This document shows, in pieces, positions 32,747-44,200 of a stretch of DNA of 64,000 nucleotides. The notes under the pieces are model-generated. The model saw nothing but the letters and a program-made list of their open reading frames with translations. It did no database searches and was not told the origin of the DNA. This stretch comes from Planctomycetota bacterium (lineage in GTDB: Bacteria; Planctomycetota; SZUA-567; H5-PLA8): positions 64,001 to 128,000 of the forward strand of contig JBBRPR010000018.1 in the NCBI GenBank assembly GCA_038227875.1, given 5' to 3'. The number at the start of each line of letters is the position of its first letter. Position 1 is the first letter of the stretch. The translations under genes were made by a program, and so were the position numbers.

Positions 32747-33520
32747 TCAGGGCGTGAACGCGCGGAAGCCGCGTGAATCGTCGACGAATCCCCCGGCCTT
32801 TTCGCACCAGGGCTGGAGCACGATAAAGCGATAGCCGGCGCCGAGGTCCTCGCTGCATGGACGGTGGGTGTGGCCGCAGAGGAGCAACCGCGACTTCGTC
32901 TGCTCCAGTCGCTTGCGGGCGGCTTCGTGATTGATGTCGACTTCCCGCGCCGACTTGGTGGCTTTGTCCGCATTCGAGCGGGCGCGGATTTTGTCAATCG
33001 TGCGCCGCGCCATCGACCAGGGCATCAGAAAAAAGAGGATCCGCATCGGTGCGCTGCGAATGAGGCTTCGAAAACGCAGGTAGCGCCGGTCGTCGGTGCA
33101 GAGCAGGTCGCCATGTTCCATCCACAGCGGGCGGTGATCGTGGAGTATGATCTGCTGGCCGTCGCCCAGCACCGTCGCACCGAAACGCCGGTTGACGTAC
33201 TTTCCGTATGCAAAATCCCGATTGCCGAAAAAGAGGAAGATTTTGACGCCGGCTTCCCAAGCCGAACTCAGTGCGCGCAAGTCGGCGGCATAGAGTTCGA
33301 ACAACTGCGAACGGTATTCGTACCAGAACTCGAAAAGATCGCCGAGTATGTACAACTCCACCGGGCGCGCTTTCGCTTCTTCGCCCAATCGCGCGAGGAA
33401 GGCGCGAAACGCGAGTGCGCGCTCGTTATCGCGGCCATCGAGATGCAGGTCGGCGATGAAGTAGCGCACCGAAGTATTCGGATCGGTCATCGGAATCGGA
33501 TTGGGCGGCAGCGCGGCCAT
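32747..33520 (-). CDS. lpxH: UDP-2,3-diacylglucosamine diphosphatase
   Basis: ADLHL, LGDLFEFW, GNRDF, HGDLLCTDD..Y and GHTHRP motifs. Confidence 0.85.
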   Translation of the reverse strand: MAALPPNPIPMTDPNTSVRYFIADLHLDGRDNERALAFRAFLARLGEEAKARPVELYILGDLFEFWYEYRSQLFELYAADLRALSSAWEAGVKIFLFFGNRDFAYGKYVNRRFGATVLGDGQQIILHDHRPLWMEHGDLLCTDDRRYLRFRSLIRSAPMRILFFLMPWSMARRTIDKIRARSNADKATKSAREVDINHEAARKRLEQTKSRLLLCGHTHRPCSEDLGAGYRFIVLQPWCEKAGGFVDDSRGFRAFTP

Positions 33521-33524
33521 GGAG

Positions 33525-34223
33525 TTATCCGAAGTCCAGTTGACCCTGAATGATCTGCGGCTCCAGCTTTACCTGCGCCACGCATTCGGGATCGTTGTTC
33601 TTCACATCGTTGACGCGCCGGTTGACCGGCACAGCCTCCATCTTATCAGCAGGATACGGAACCATCAGCGCGTTCAACTTTTCCTTATCGCAGCTGGGGT
33701 TCAACCAGGCGTCGAGACTCTCCCGGGGGATGATCACGGGCATGCGATCATGGAGCGGCGCGACGAGCGGATTGGCGCTGGTCGTGAGAATGACGCAAGT
33801 CTCCTGAGGGTTGCCCGGGTCGGTTTCACAACGCTCCCAGAGCGCCCCGAGCACGAACGGCTTGTGGTCTTTCATGCCGAACAGGTACGGCTGGCGCGCC
33901 TTCCCGATTTTCTTCCATTCAAAGAAGCCATCGACCGGAATCAGCGCGCGACGGAGTTTAAACGCATTGCGGAATGTGGTCTTGCTGGCCACCGTTTCGC
34001 TGCGCGCGTTGATGATGGGATGAAACGGCGGGTGCGACCATTCGGGAATGAAACCCCAGCGCACGGAGGCGATTTCCATCCCGCCGTCCGGCTTGGGGCG
34101 GAGCAGTTCGATGAGTTGTGTGGGCGCCACGTTGTAGCGCGGGTCGCGCGGGGGCCAGGCGGAGAGCGCGTACTCTTCCGCGAGGCGTTCACCGGAGGTG
34201 GTCAGGGTTACTCGACCGCACAT
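33525..34223 (-). CDS. SOS response-associated peptidase (SRAP/YedK/HMCES family), abasic-site crosslinking protein
   Basis: MCGR N-terminus, RYNVAPTQ, INARSET, GFFEW and HDRMPVI motifs. Confidence 0.93.
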   Translation of the reverse strand: MCGRVTLTTSGERLAEEYALSAWPPRDPRYNVAPTQLIELLRPKPDGGMEIASVRWGFIPEWSHPPFHPIINARSETVASKTTFRNAFKLRRALIPVDGFFEWKKIGKARQPYLFGMKDHKPFVLGALWERCETDPGNPQETCVILTTSANPLVAPLHDRMPVIIPRESLDAWLNPSCDKEKLNALMVPYPADKMEAVPVNRRVNDVKNNDPECVAQVKLEPQIIQGQLDFG

Positions 34224-34264
34224 ACGATTATTTTGGCCGCGGGACGCGATTTTGACACTGAATT

Positions 34265-36241
34265 TCAGCGATCAGACGAGACCGCTTCCTTGCCCGAACG
34301 ACCCCACGTGTGAACCATGTCGGCGGCGACGGCGGCAGACTCGGTGATCTGCGGATCCTTCTCGTCCTTTTCCGGGTCGGGCGGCGGTGGCGCGTCATCG
34401 GGGTTCAGCGGATGCTTCGCCGCGGCCGCGACACGCTTTTTCTTTACGTCGAAGGCGTCCTTCCATTCCGGATTGGCGGCGACCCGCTCTTTGGATCGCG
34501 CCTGCAGATCCGCGAGATTTCGCGTCTTCCATTCCACGCGGCCTTTGTAATCGCCGCCTCTGGACTTCAAGTGGGCGTCCATCTTGGCCCATGGCAGCGC
34601 GTTCTCGTTGCCCATTTCCAGCGCGTCCTTTTCCAGCTTCGGGCCAGGGATGACGACATCGGGAGGCACGCCCTTCATCTGCACCGACGCGCCGGCGGGA
34701 AGAAAATACTGGTGCGTCGTGATCTTGATTTCGCCCGGCGTGTTGTAAGTGCTGAGCTGGACTACGCGCTGCACGGTTCCTTTGCCATACGTCTGCGTTG
34801 CCGCGACCACCAGGGCACGGGCATGATCCTGCAGCGCACCAGCGACGATCTCGGAGGCACTGGCGGAAAACTGATTGGTCAGCACCACCAGCGGGCCAGT
34901 GTAAAACGCACTGTCAGGAGAATCCTTCCAATCGCTTTTGTTATCCGCGTCGCGTTCGCCCACGATCGTGGCGTGGTCCAGAAACAATCCCGCCACGCCG
35001 ATCGCTTCATCCAGGTAGCCGCCGTGATTGCCGCGCAGATCGAGCACGATGCCATCGAGCGCATGCGCCGCACCGAGTTCGCGGATGCGGTCGCGAACAT
35101 CGTTGTGCACGCCGCGGTAAAAGGTCTGCACGGAGACAATGCCAATGGTCGAGTTGTTGACCTCCACGGTCTTGCCTTTGACGCGCAGACTCGCCAGCTC
35201 AACTGTGTCGCGCCGGATGCGTACATCTTCCACTTTGTGGTTCGCGCGGCGCAGGACGCTCAGGCGGACTTCAGCGCCCTTTTCGCCCTTGATGCGTTTA
35301 ACGCACTTGCTCATGGGCAGACCGGAGAGCACAAAGCCGTCGACGGCAGTGATCTGATCGCCCGGAGCCAACGCGCCGTTTTTTTCCGACGGACCGCCCT
35401 TGATGATTTCCTCGATGTACACGCCCAGCGGACACGGCCGGATCTGCACGCCGATCCCGGCGAAGTTGCGCTCCAGCCGCCCGGTGAATTCCTCTTCGTC
35501 GTCGTCGAAATAATCCGTGTGCGGATCCATCGCGTTCATGAAGCTCTTCAGGAACAGCTTCGGCACTTCGATGTCACGCTCCGCCTTGCTCATGTCGAGC
35601 CACTTCGTACGATCGCGACGCAACGTCTGCAGCGCCAGGGTTACGGCTTCACTTTCGCTCAGGTACGCGCGGTCCAGTTCGATCGCGTTGCGCAAGCGGC
35701 GGTTCAGGCGCTCCTCACGGGCGGCTTGATTCTCGGCGTACGTCTGCCAATCCATCTTGTCTTCGTCGTCCACGGGGGTGGCGGTGGCGGGAGCGTTTTT
35801 GGGATCGGAAGTCTCGGTTGGCGGCGTCTGTGCCGAAGCCTTGATTTGCGCCACGCGATTTTCCAATCCCTCGTACAGGGCTTGATCGCGGGTAATTTGT
35901 TTGTCGATAAACGCCGCCAGGGTCGCCCGGAAGAAAGAGAGGTCGCCTTCAACGGACTGCCGCTGCAAGCGGGACAGATCGTCTTCGGGCAAAGCGACCA
36001 TCGCGTCCACTTCGCTCTTAGTAAAGAAGCACTTCATGGGATCGAGCTGCCCTGCGAACTCCTTGAGCACGCGGCGCATAAATGCCGCGTCCATGCCGTG
36101 CTGCGTCAGATGCATTTCGAACAGGCGCGGCATCAGCGCGGCGACCTGCTCGTCAGTCAACTTCTCGCCGGCGTTCAGCCTGCTGAACTGCAATACCAGG
36201 CAGAGCGAGAGCGCGCTGGCGATTATCGCTTTTGACTTCAT
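34265..36241 (-). CDS. S41 carboxy-terminal processing protease (Prc/Tsp-like)
   Basis: Signal peptide, DPHTDY, PDZ GIGV, DLRGNHGG, SASASEI and GKGTVQ motifs. Confidence 0.9.
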   Translation of the reverse strand: MKSKAIIASALSLCLVLQFSRLNAGEKLTDEQVAALMPRLFEMHLTQHGMDAAFMRRVLKEFAGQLDPMKCFFTKSEVDAMVALPEDDLSRLQRQSVEGDLSFFRATLAAFIDKQITRDQALYEGLENRVAQIKASAQTPPTETSDPKNAPATATPVDDEDKMDWQTYAENQAAREERLNRRLRNAIELDRAYLSESEAVTLALQTLRRDRTKWLDMSKAERDIEVPKLFLKSFMNAMDPHTDYFDDDEEEFTGRLERNFAGIGVQIRPCPLGVYIEEIIKGGPSEKNGALAPGDQITAVDGFVLSGLPMSKCVKRIKGEKGAEVRLSVLRRANHKVEDVRIRRDTVELASLRVKGKTVEVNNSTIGIVSVQTFYRGVHNDVRDRIRELGAAHALDGIVLDLRGNHGGYLDEAIGVAGLFLDHATIVGERDADNKSDWKDSPDSAFYTGPLVVLTNQFSASASEIVAGALQDHARALVVAATQTYGKGTVQRVVQLSTYNTPGEIKITTHQYFLPAGASVQMKGVPPDVVIPGPKLEKDALEMGNENALPWAKMDAHLKSRGGDYKGRVEWKTRNLADLQARSKERVAANPEWKDAFDVKKKRVAAAAKHPLNPDDAPPPPDPEKDEKDPQITESAAVAADMVHTWGRSGKEAVSSDR

Positions 36242-36266
36242 CCGCCCCGCCCTCGTCTATGCATCA

Positions 36267-37484
36267 TTATGGAGTGTGCTTTCGGTGCGCGGCTTCCAAT
36301 GCTGCGCTCAGTTCGTCCAGGCGCGTATAAAGCCTGCGGAGTTTGCGCTTCGGATGCCGGTTCAAAGCGTACGCGGTCAGCATCGGCAACGCCACCGACG
36401 TATCCAGGTAGCAAACCACCATATCCGGCAATTTGTTGGGATCCACTTTTCCCCACGTCACTGCTTCTCCAGGCGTCGCACCGGAAAGTCCGCCGGTGTC
36501 GGGCCGCGCGTCGGTAAACTGCAGAAAGTAATCGTGCCCCATCTCGGGAATGCCCAGAATCTCCTGGATCTGAGGCTCGGTTTGCAGCAGGAAATTCTTG
36601 GGACTGCCGCCACCCACGATCAGCGCGCCGTGCGTCCCGGGCCCTTTCCCATGTTTGCGAGCGCCGAGCACAATGGCTGCTGTCTGATTGACGTCGATGG
36701 TCGGGTCGATCTTCAGTTTGTTGCCGCGCATTGCCAACCCGGCGATATTCATGCCAATGGTGCTATCGCCGGGTGACGAGGTGAAGATCGGCACATCGGC
36801 GCGGTATGCGGCGGCCATGACGCTTGCGCCCCGGATGCCGAGACGATCCTCGTATTCAGCGGCGTAGCGGCCGATCTTCCAATAGAGTTCGGCGGTGCCC
36901 ATTTCGTGCTGGAATTCCGGCTGCTTCAACATGTCGCGCAGTACCGCGTCGGTGGCAAGCAGCACATCGTCGTAGTGGAGATAAATGTCATAGATGCGCA
37001 CGATCCGGTTGTCACGCAGGATCGTGTCGGGAATCTGCGGGCTGCCGGCGTGGAGCGGCATATTGAAGGCGAAATGGAGATCGTGATAAACATTGGCGCC
37101 CGTCGAGATGATCCAATCGACAAAGCCCGCTTCGATCAGTGGAATCAACGTCGAGCAGCCCAGCCCCGCCGGCGTCATCGCTCCGGACAGCGCCATCCCG
37201 ACGGTTGCGTTCGGCGCGAGCATCTTCTTAGTGAACAGTTCGCAGGATTCGCGCAGGCGGCCGGCGTTAAAAGCCAGGAACGCGTTGTCGATCAGCGCTG
37301 CGGCCGTTTCCTTGCCGGTGATCGGATCAGGGCGCATGCGCCGGCCGCGGAGGTATGGGTTCTTGTGATCGCGCAGCCGCGCGCCCTTCATTTTGCGGAA
37401 CTCAGTGGACGTGATGCCCGGATTCTTGTCCGAAGCGATGGCCGCTCGCTTCGCGCTGCGTTTGAGGTGACTGCGCGTACCCAT
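36267..37484 (-). CDS. Deoxyhypusine synthase-like protein (probable homospermidine synthase)
   Basis: [21 protein letters not shown] and [19 protein letters not shown] with the catalytic Lys retained. Confidence 0.88.
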   Translation of the reverse strand: MGTRSHLKRSAKRAAIASDKNPGITSTEFRKMKGARLRDHKNPYLRGRRMRPDPITGKETAAALIDNAFLAFNAGRLRESCELFTKKMLAPNATVGMALSGAMTPAGLGCSTLIPLIEAGFVDWIISTGANVYHDLHFAFNMPLHAGSPQIPDTILRDNRIVRIYDIYLHYDDVLLATDAVLRDMLKQPEFQHEMGTAELYWKIGRYAAEYEDRLGIRGASVMAAAYRADVPIFTSSPGDSTIGMNIAGLAMRGNKLKIDPTIDVNQTAAIVLGARKHGKGPGTHGALIVGGGSPKNFLLQTEPQIQEILGIPEMGHDYFLQFTDARPDTGGLSGATPGEAVTWGKVDPNKLPDMVVCYLDTSVALPMLTAYALNRHPKRKLRRLYTRLDELSAALEAAHRKHTP

Positions 37485-37510
37485 TGCGGTAATCTCGATC
37501 CGGAATTTGT

Positions 37511-38260
37511 GTGGTGCTGCAACGTATAGGACGCTACGACTTGAGTCAACTCTTCGACGCTCACATCAAGACCTCGCCCATCGCAATTTCTCCCGTCGCA
37601 CACCCCGACGGAGCCGTGTTCTTCGGCAGCGGAGCGGCGGAATTTCAAACGTCGCTGCGCAACGAAATTCCCGTGGGCATCTGGCGGCACGCCGCAGAGC
37701 TGAACTGCGTGGCCGCACCGGACGATCCGCGCTTCCCGAAGTCAGGTCCAGCGGTAATCGACCTGACCGTGATCGATCTGGAGTTTCAAAAGTTGCTCGC
37801 GGCCCCGGCGCACGCGTGGTTTCCTCTGGCGGGCGGAGCGCCGCCGCATGCGCTTCGACTTCACTTACCTCCCAACGGTGAAGGCGGCGCCATTCCGCTG
37901 CTCAAGAAGCTCGTTCGAAATTTTCCTCATACAGTCTTCATCGTCGATCCATTTTGGCGTGGAGTTACCTCGCAGTGGGTGCCGCTGGTCCGATTGGCGG
38001 AGTGCGACAACATTTTTCTCACCACACTGGGCCTCGCGCCGGGAGAGGGATGTTCGTGGCCGGAACATGCGACGGTGGAGGGCGCGTTTCATTTTGTCTC
38101 GGGCGAAGTCGGAACGGGAAAATTGATCTTCGCATCCGGGAGCACCTGGACTGACTATAGCGCGGTTGATTATCTGAAATGGATCACGGGAATATCCTCG
38201 CTCGACCCGGCCCAACAGGAAATGGTGGCTTGGTCCAATGCGACCAGACTGTTTCGATAA
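37511..38260 (+). CDS. Amidohydrolase-2-like TIM-barrel protein, degenerate
   Basis: FDAH near the N-terminus, LVRNFP...[11 protein letters not shown] and WSNATRLF C-terminal pattern. Confidence 0.5.
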   Translation: MVLQRIGRYDLSQLFDAHIKTSPIAISPVAHPDGAVFFGSGAAEFQTSLRNEIPVGIWRHAAELNCVAAPDDPRFPKSGPAVIDLTVIDLEFQKLLAAPAHAWFPLAGGAPPHALRLHLPPNGEGGAIPLLKKLVRNFPHTVFIVDPFWRGVTSQWVPLVRLAECDNIFLTTLGLAPGEGCSWPEHATVEGAFHFVSGEVGTGKLIFASGSTWTDYSAVDYLKWITGISSLDPAQQEMVAWSNATRLFR

Positions 38261-38282
38261 GCTTCACTTCGTTTTAAAAAGA

Positions 38283-38315
38283 CAAAGGGTGCAGACTCAT
38301 CGTCTGCACCCTTTG
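38283..38315. terminator. Hairpin terminator between convergent genes
   Basis: CAAAGGGTGCAGAC-TCATC-GTCTGCACCCTTTG, perfect 14-bp stem. Confidence 0.8.
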
Positions 38316-38336
38316 CATTCCTGATTTCAGTCCTGC

Positions 38337-41198
38337 TTAGAGCTTCTTTTCTTCTTCGTCGAACAGGATGATGCGCGCGTTCAACAGAATCAACAAATTG
38401 CGGCGGACGCGTTCACGGTGATTGCTCGAGAAGAACCGCCCGATGATCGGCAGGTCCGAGAGCAGCGGAATGCCCGTCTTCGTGTCGATTTTGCTGTCGT
38501 TCACCAAACCGGAGAAGAGCATCGTACCGTTATCCGGGATCGTGACCGTGGTGCTGATCGAGCGCAGTTCGATGTTCGGCAGTTCGAGCGGCAGATTGAT
38601 CGAGCCGCTCGGGTTGTTGATGTCGCCGCCGTTGGTGATGAAGATGATCTGCGGCGGGGTGATTTCGGTGGCCGTTCCCGGGCGCACGTCCATCGTGATG
38701 TAGCGGCGGTCGTGCGAAACAGTCGGGCGCACTTCCAGGACGACGCCGGTCAGGAAGCTGCTGATGACTGGATCATACACGGCACCTGCCACGTCGTAAT
38801 CGCGAATGTACGAGCGCTGCTGCGCGACCAGGATGTGGGAACGTTGATTGTTGAACTGCATCAGCTTCGGAGCCAGCAACTGATCCTGCGTCTGATCTTT
38901 GCGGAGCGCCTGGAGGATGGCGTTCTGCTGAATGTTCTGGAGGAAGCGGAACTGGAATAACGCGCCTTGCTGCGGAGCATTCAACAGCGACTGCCCCAAA
39001 TTCTGCGCGATGTTGGCGAGCGGGTTGAAGCGGAGCAATCCCTGCGTCAAACCCTGGAACAGCACCGGCGAACCCAACGCCGAGGACTGCGTCTGGTAGC
39101 GGACACCGGCCGGAGCACCGGCGATCAGATTGTTGGTGGCCTGTTCAATACCGAACGCGTTGTTGTCCAAGCGCGGCCGCAGGATCGGGACGTTATTGGG
39201 CTGAACGTTGTTCGACGCCGGTCCGAAGGAAGCATGGTACGGAGGATTCGGACTGAAATCGGAGAACTGGAACGCCGGCGACGGTGCGATGTCGGAGAAA
39301 TTCGTACCGCCCGGCAGTCCGGCTCCGCCACCCAGCGGGAACAGGCCGAACTTCGAGGGCTGATGGAGCGGATCGACCTTGACGTTCGGCAGGGCATTTT
39401 CGCCCGGCGCGGCGTCCAAACCGGTGAAGCTCACGCCGATGCGTTCGAGGAACGAATCGGTCGTGTCGATAAAGCGGCACTGCGTCAGCACCTGCAGCGT
39501 CTGCGTTTCGCGGATGCTGCGGAGCAGCTGGCGGATCTTGTCATGCACTTCCGGGCGCTGCATCACAACCAGCTGACCGTTGTTTTCGGCAATCGACGTG
39601 GCCGGATCGGCGAATTCAGCCGGGAGCAGGCGATCGTGGATCAGCGTGACCAGATCGGGCGCCTTAAGCTGCGCGACAACCGGCTGGCTGGCGAACGGAT
39701 CAACGATCGTACCCTGAGTGGTGCCAAGGTCGATGCGCGGGCCAGGGAAGTCGGTGATCTGCGTCGTCAAGTCGCGGACGTCGTAGATTTCCAGTTCGAC
39801 GTTGGCGGTCAGATTCGCCTTCTTGGTGATGAAGACGGCCTGATTGCGAAGATCGTAGTCGAGGTCGGCGAGCTTCAAGATCCACTTCAGCGCCAAGTCG
39901 AGCTCCATTTCGGAGACGCGCAGCGTGATGGGGGTCTTGTTGGCGCCATCGGCCGCGATGCGCGGATCGATGATGATGTTGACCTTGGTCAGCGAATTCA
40001 AGAAGTTGATCGCGTCTTCCAGAGTCTGGTCGACGAATTCGAACGTGACGCGGCGCTGAAGCTTACGGCGGATGTCCTGCTTCCAGCCTTCTTCAGGCCG
40101 AGCGCGGGATTCCTGGCCGGTGCGCTGCGCGATCTCGTGCCAGTTCTTGGGATAGATCAGGTAGTCGCGATGCGGAATGTTGAAGCGTTCCGCGCGTTCC
40201 TTGTTCAGCTCGAACTGTTCACGGTATTCCTCATCGATGTACTTGCGGCGGGACGCGTGTTCGCGACCGCGCGCCACAGCGATGATGGAATGCGCTTCGG
40301 GATTAGTCGGATCGACTTCGAGGATCTTGTTGGCCAGACCGATCGACTCGTCGTAACGGCCGGTTTCGTAGAGCGCCGTAGCCTGGTCAACCATCTTGTT
40401 GACCTTCTGCTCAAAGAACTTCTTTTCATTCGCGGTCTGTTCTTCGGCCAGCTTGGCGGAGACGGCCTTGTCTTCGTCGTTCACGCGCAGTTCGGCGGAC
40501 TTGATCGACTTGCCAATTTCAGAGAGCAGGCGGTTGGTTTCGTTGGCCTGTTCTTCGACGTTGACTTCCACCGGCATGTACTTGATGAGTTCACGAGCGC
40601 GTTCGAGCGCGAGTTGCGCCTGCTGGTAGCGTCGGACACGGTCGGAAAGGGACAGTTCCAGATCGGAAGCGGCCTGCGAGATGTAGCGCTTGCCCCAATC
40701 GATGCGGTTGTCGAGCTCGACCAGCTTTTCCTGGACGGCGACCTTGTGTTCACCATAAAGGTCCGAAACAGCCGACTTGATGCGGTCGCGGCGGACTCCG
40801 AGGATGTCGTTGACGCGCTGAAGCAGCGAGCGGCTTTCGGCATTCGTGCGGTCAAGCTGCACGGCTTGTTCGAATTCCTTGCGCGCTTCTTCATAGTTGA
40901 AGGCGCTGAAGAGTCGCTTGCCGGCTTCCAGATGTGCGGAGGCCTGGGTGGCGATTTCTTCGCGCAGCTTCTTGTCATTGGCAGCCTGATCGTCCAGCAG
41001 CTTCTGGGCCGTGGCTTCCGCACCCGACGGAGCTGGAGCAGGTGCTGGCGCCGGAGCGGGCGCAGGCGCAGGTGCCGGGGCAGGCGCGGGCGCCTCCTCA
41101 GCGTACGAACGCGTCTGCAGTCCATTGGCCAGGAGTGACAGGACTACGGATGAAATACCCGCCTGCACCCAGAGCTTTATGCCGTTGTTCATCGACAT
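38337..41198 (-). CDS. Secretin-family outer membrane protein with TPR-like N-terminal region
   Basis: Signal peptide, (AP)n linker, TPR-like helices, N0-like VTFEFVDQTLEDAINFL and N3-like LVVMQRPEVHDKIRQLL. Secretin core GVVLEVRPTVS...TTVTIPDNGT...GIPLLSDLPIIGRFF. Confidence 0.88.
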   Translation of the reverse strand: MSMNNGIKLWVQAGISSVVLSLLANGLQTRSYAEEAPAPAPAPAPAPAPAPAPAPAPSGAEATAQKLLDDQAANDKKLREEIATQASAHLEAGKRLFSAFNYEEARKEFEQAVQLDRTNAESRSLLQRVNDILGVRRDRIKSAVSDLYGEHKVAVQEKLVELDNRIDWGKRYISQAASDLELSLSDRVRRYQQAQLALERARELIKYMPVEVNVEEQANETNRLLSEIGKSIKSAELRVNDEDKAVSAKLAEEQTANEKKFFEQKVNKMVDQATALYETGRYDESIGLANKILEVDPTNPEAHSIIAVARGREHASRRKYIDEEYREQFELNKERAERFNIPHRDYLIYPKNWHEIAQRTGQESRARPEEGWKQDIRRKLQRRVTFEFVDQTLEDAINFLNSLTKVNIIIDPRIAADGANKTPITLRVSEMELDLALKWILKLADLDYDLRNQAVFITKKANLTANVELEIYDVRDLTTQITDFPGPRIDLGTTQGTIVDPFASQPVVAQLKAPDLVTLIHDRLLPAEFADPATSIAENNGQLVVMQRPEVHDKIRQLLRSIRETQTLQVLTQCRFIDTTDSFLERIGVSFTGLDAAPGENALPNVKVDPLHQPSKFGLFPLGGGAGLPGGTNFSDIAPSPAFQFSDFSPNPPYHASFGPASNNVQPNNVPILRPRLDNNAFGIEQATNNLIAGAPAGVRYQTQSSALGSPVLFQGLTQGLLRFNPLANIAQNLGQSLLNAPQQGALFQFRFLQNIQQNAILQALRKDQTQDQLLAPKLMQFNNQRSHILVAQQRSYIRDYDVAGAVYDPVISSFLTGVVLEVRPTVSHDRRYITMDVRPGTATEITPPQIIFITNGGDINNPSGSINLPLELPNIELRSISTTVTIPDNGTMLFSGLVNDSKIDTKTGIPLLSDLPIIGRFFSSNHRERVRRNLLILLNARIILFDEEEKKL

Positions 41199-41269
41199 CC
41201 CCTCGTCCTAATTTAGTGCCTTCAATGCTCTCCCTCAACGGGAGAGGGGACTCAACAGTCGTAGGTCTA

Positions 41270-44200
41270 TTACAGCTTTTCTTCTTCTTCGCTGAACAGG
41301 ATGATGCGCGGGCTCAGCAGGATCGACAGATTCTGCTTGGCCGTTTCAGCCACGTTCCAGCGGAACAGACGTCCAACCACCGGCAGGTCGCTGATGAACG
41401 GTACGCCGTTTTCTGACTTGAACTTGATGTTGCGATACAGGCCACCGAGCAACAGGATGCCGCCGTCCGGCACGGTCGCCGTCGTGCGCACGCGGCTGAT
41501 GGAAAGTTCAGGGAACTGAATCGGGAACGACAGGCGCAGAATCAAATTCACCTGCGCACCGCTGTTGACCGTGAACGAATCCAACTGGCGGGTCACGAAA
41601 TTGACAAGCTGCGTGACCGTCGGGCGCATTTCCACCGTCACGTAGCGGCGGTCAGCCGAGACGATCGGGCGAACGTCAAGCACGACACCTTCAAGGAACT
41701 GGCGGACCACCGGATCGTAGCTGTCGCCGTTGATGTCGTAGTCGGAAACGTACGACTGCTGGCGGGCGACGAACATGTGGGCGCGCTGCGTATTGAAGAC
41801 CGTCAGGCGCGGGGCAATCAGCGTGCTCTGGCTTTCGCGGACAGCCAGCGCGCGGATGAAGGCCTGCAACTGTGTGTTGTTGATCACGGTCAACTGGGCG
41901 TTCAAGCCACCCTGGCGGATCGTTCCCGTCGAGTCTTCGCTGGAGATGGTGGTGTTGTCGTTCGTCGCGTAGTTGATGCGATGATTGACGATCGAGCCGA
42001 CGGTGGAGAAGGTACCGCCACCGATGCCCTGCGGACCAGCGACGATACCAGGGAAAGGCACGTTGGCTGGCGTCGCATCACTGGCCCCCGGACGGCGCGG
42101 CTGCAACAGACCGTTCGGCGTTCCCAGATTGCGGATGTCGCCGAAGTCGCCGAAGAGCACGTTGGTGTCCAAGCCCTGGTATTCCACGCCGATGTTTTCG
42201 AGGTACGCTTCGCGAATCGTCAGGAAGCGCGATTCGATATTGATCATCATACGCTGCGTCGAGCGGAAGCTGGAAAGCAACTGATCGATCAGCGCATGGA
42301 TTTCGGGGCGCTGCATCACGACCAGGCGGCCGGCCATTTCTTCCACGGACGTTCCCAGCGCCGGATCCCATGAGTCGGGGCGGACGCGGGTCTTGATCAT
42401 GTCGGCGATGCTGGCTGCCGTCGGAACCACCGTGGCCTTGGGCGCAAAAGCGCCAGCGGCAGGATTGTTGGCGGCGGCCTGATTCGGATCGCCGGCCGTC
42501 GACAACTGCAGTTCGGGGCCCGGGAAGTCCGGAATCGACTGGGTCAAGTCGCTGATGTCGTAGATGCGCAGCTCGGCCGCTTCCTGCAGGCGGTCGGGCG
42601 TCGAAATATAGATGGCGTGATCCTTGAGCACCTTCTCAAGATTGGCCAAGCGCAGAATCCAGTCCAGCGCCAGGTCCAGGCTCATGTCGGTGACGCGCAG
42701 GTTGATGTTCGCCGGATTGGCCGCCATGACCTTGGGATCGACGATGATCGTCACGCCGCTGACCTGCCGGAGGAACGCCACCGCTTCGTCCAGAGACGTG
42801 TCGACGAAGTCGAACGTGACCTTGCGCTGAAGCTTCTTGAGGATGTCGGACTTCCACACTTCTTCGCGGGTCGTCTTGCCCAGCGTCAGGTTATCGACGC
42901 GGCGGGTGATCTGATCCCAGTTCGACGGATAGAGGATGATCGGAGCATAGCCGATGGTGGCCTGATCAATGTCCTCGTCCATGTTCTTGAGTTCATGGGC
43001 CTTCTCGTCGAGAATGTCCGCGCGCTCCTTGGTGTGATTGGCAGCGCGAGCCTTGCTCTTCCAGCTTTCTGCGTCGTTGTTAAACGGGTCAATTTGCAGG
43101 ATGCGGATCGAGAGGCGTTCGGCTGACGTGTAATCGCCCCGTTCGTACAGATCCTTCACCTGGTCCAGCAATTTGCCAATGCGGGCCTTGAACAGCTCGG
43201 TTTCACGAACGCGCGACGCATCAGCCTCCTTCTGGGCCTGAACGCGGCGCAGATAGTTGATCTCGTCTTCCTTTTCCGCGATCTTCTGCTTCAAGCGGAC
43301 CAGCGACTGATCGACGGCTGAGCGTTCGCTGGGAAGATCGAACGACGGCGGCATCCAGTTCAGGATTTCCTTCACGCGGCGGAACTTATCCTGCGCCTTG
43401 CGGAGGCTTTCGAGCTGGTCGGCCAGAATGCGGTCCTTATCGACACCCACTGCATCGGGCGGCAGCACGGTTCCACGCTCTTCGAGGATGCGGCCTTCCT
43501 GCATCGCGTTGGCCAACTGGACCAGCGATTCCTGCTGCTTGACGCGCTCACCCTGTTCCAGTTCGCGGATCTTGTGGGCAATCTTGTCAACGTGAATACC
43601 CAGCAGCGAATTGACCACCTGCAACTTCTGGCGAGCCACTTCGTTGGTGGGATCGATCGTGACAGCACGTTCGAAGTACTGCTTGGCCTGTTCGTATTCG
43701 AGATCGTTGAACAGCTTGAGTCCAGTCTGGTACGCCGCATCAGCTTCCTGCTGATTGGCCTGAACCCGCACGCCGCTCAGGCGCTCGGCTTCTTTCAACA
43801 GACGCGCAGCCTTCTCTTCCGGCGTTTCCGCAACGGGAGCAGGCGGGGGCGTCGGAGCAGGAGCCGGCTTGTCGCCGTCCGCAGCAGGCGCAGCATCCGT
43901 AGGCGCAATGGGAGCAGTGGCAGCGACAGGCGGCTGTTCACCTTCACCCTTGGTCTCGCGGCCGTTCTGCGGAATCGCCTTGCCCACAGCAACAGGCGCG
44001 GCATCCGCAACGTTTCCGGGGTTGAGCGAAACCAGTTCCGCAGGCGCGTTCTTCACGTCAGTGGCTGACGTCGTCGGCGCTGGTGCAGGCGTGGTGGGCG
44101 CCACCGGCTTGTCGGGAGCGAGATCCGCTACCTCTCCGGCTGGTGCCGCACTGGTGGGTTTCGTCTCTTCGTGGCTGGCCGGAACTGTTTCGACCACCGG

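Noticed and set aside
34310..36235. 641-aa plus-strand ORF
   Set aside because: Antisense shadow of the S41 protease.
41030..41095. (AP)n-coding repeat as a DNA-level repeat
   Set aside because: In frame with varied synonymous codons, so an ordinary protein linker, unlike the 10-bp repeats at 4802-4955.
38967..41138. 723-aa plus-strand ORF
   Set aside because: Antisense shadow of the secretin; expected from codon bias in high-GC genes.
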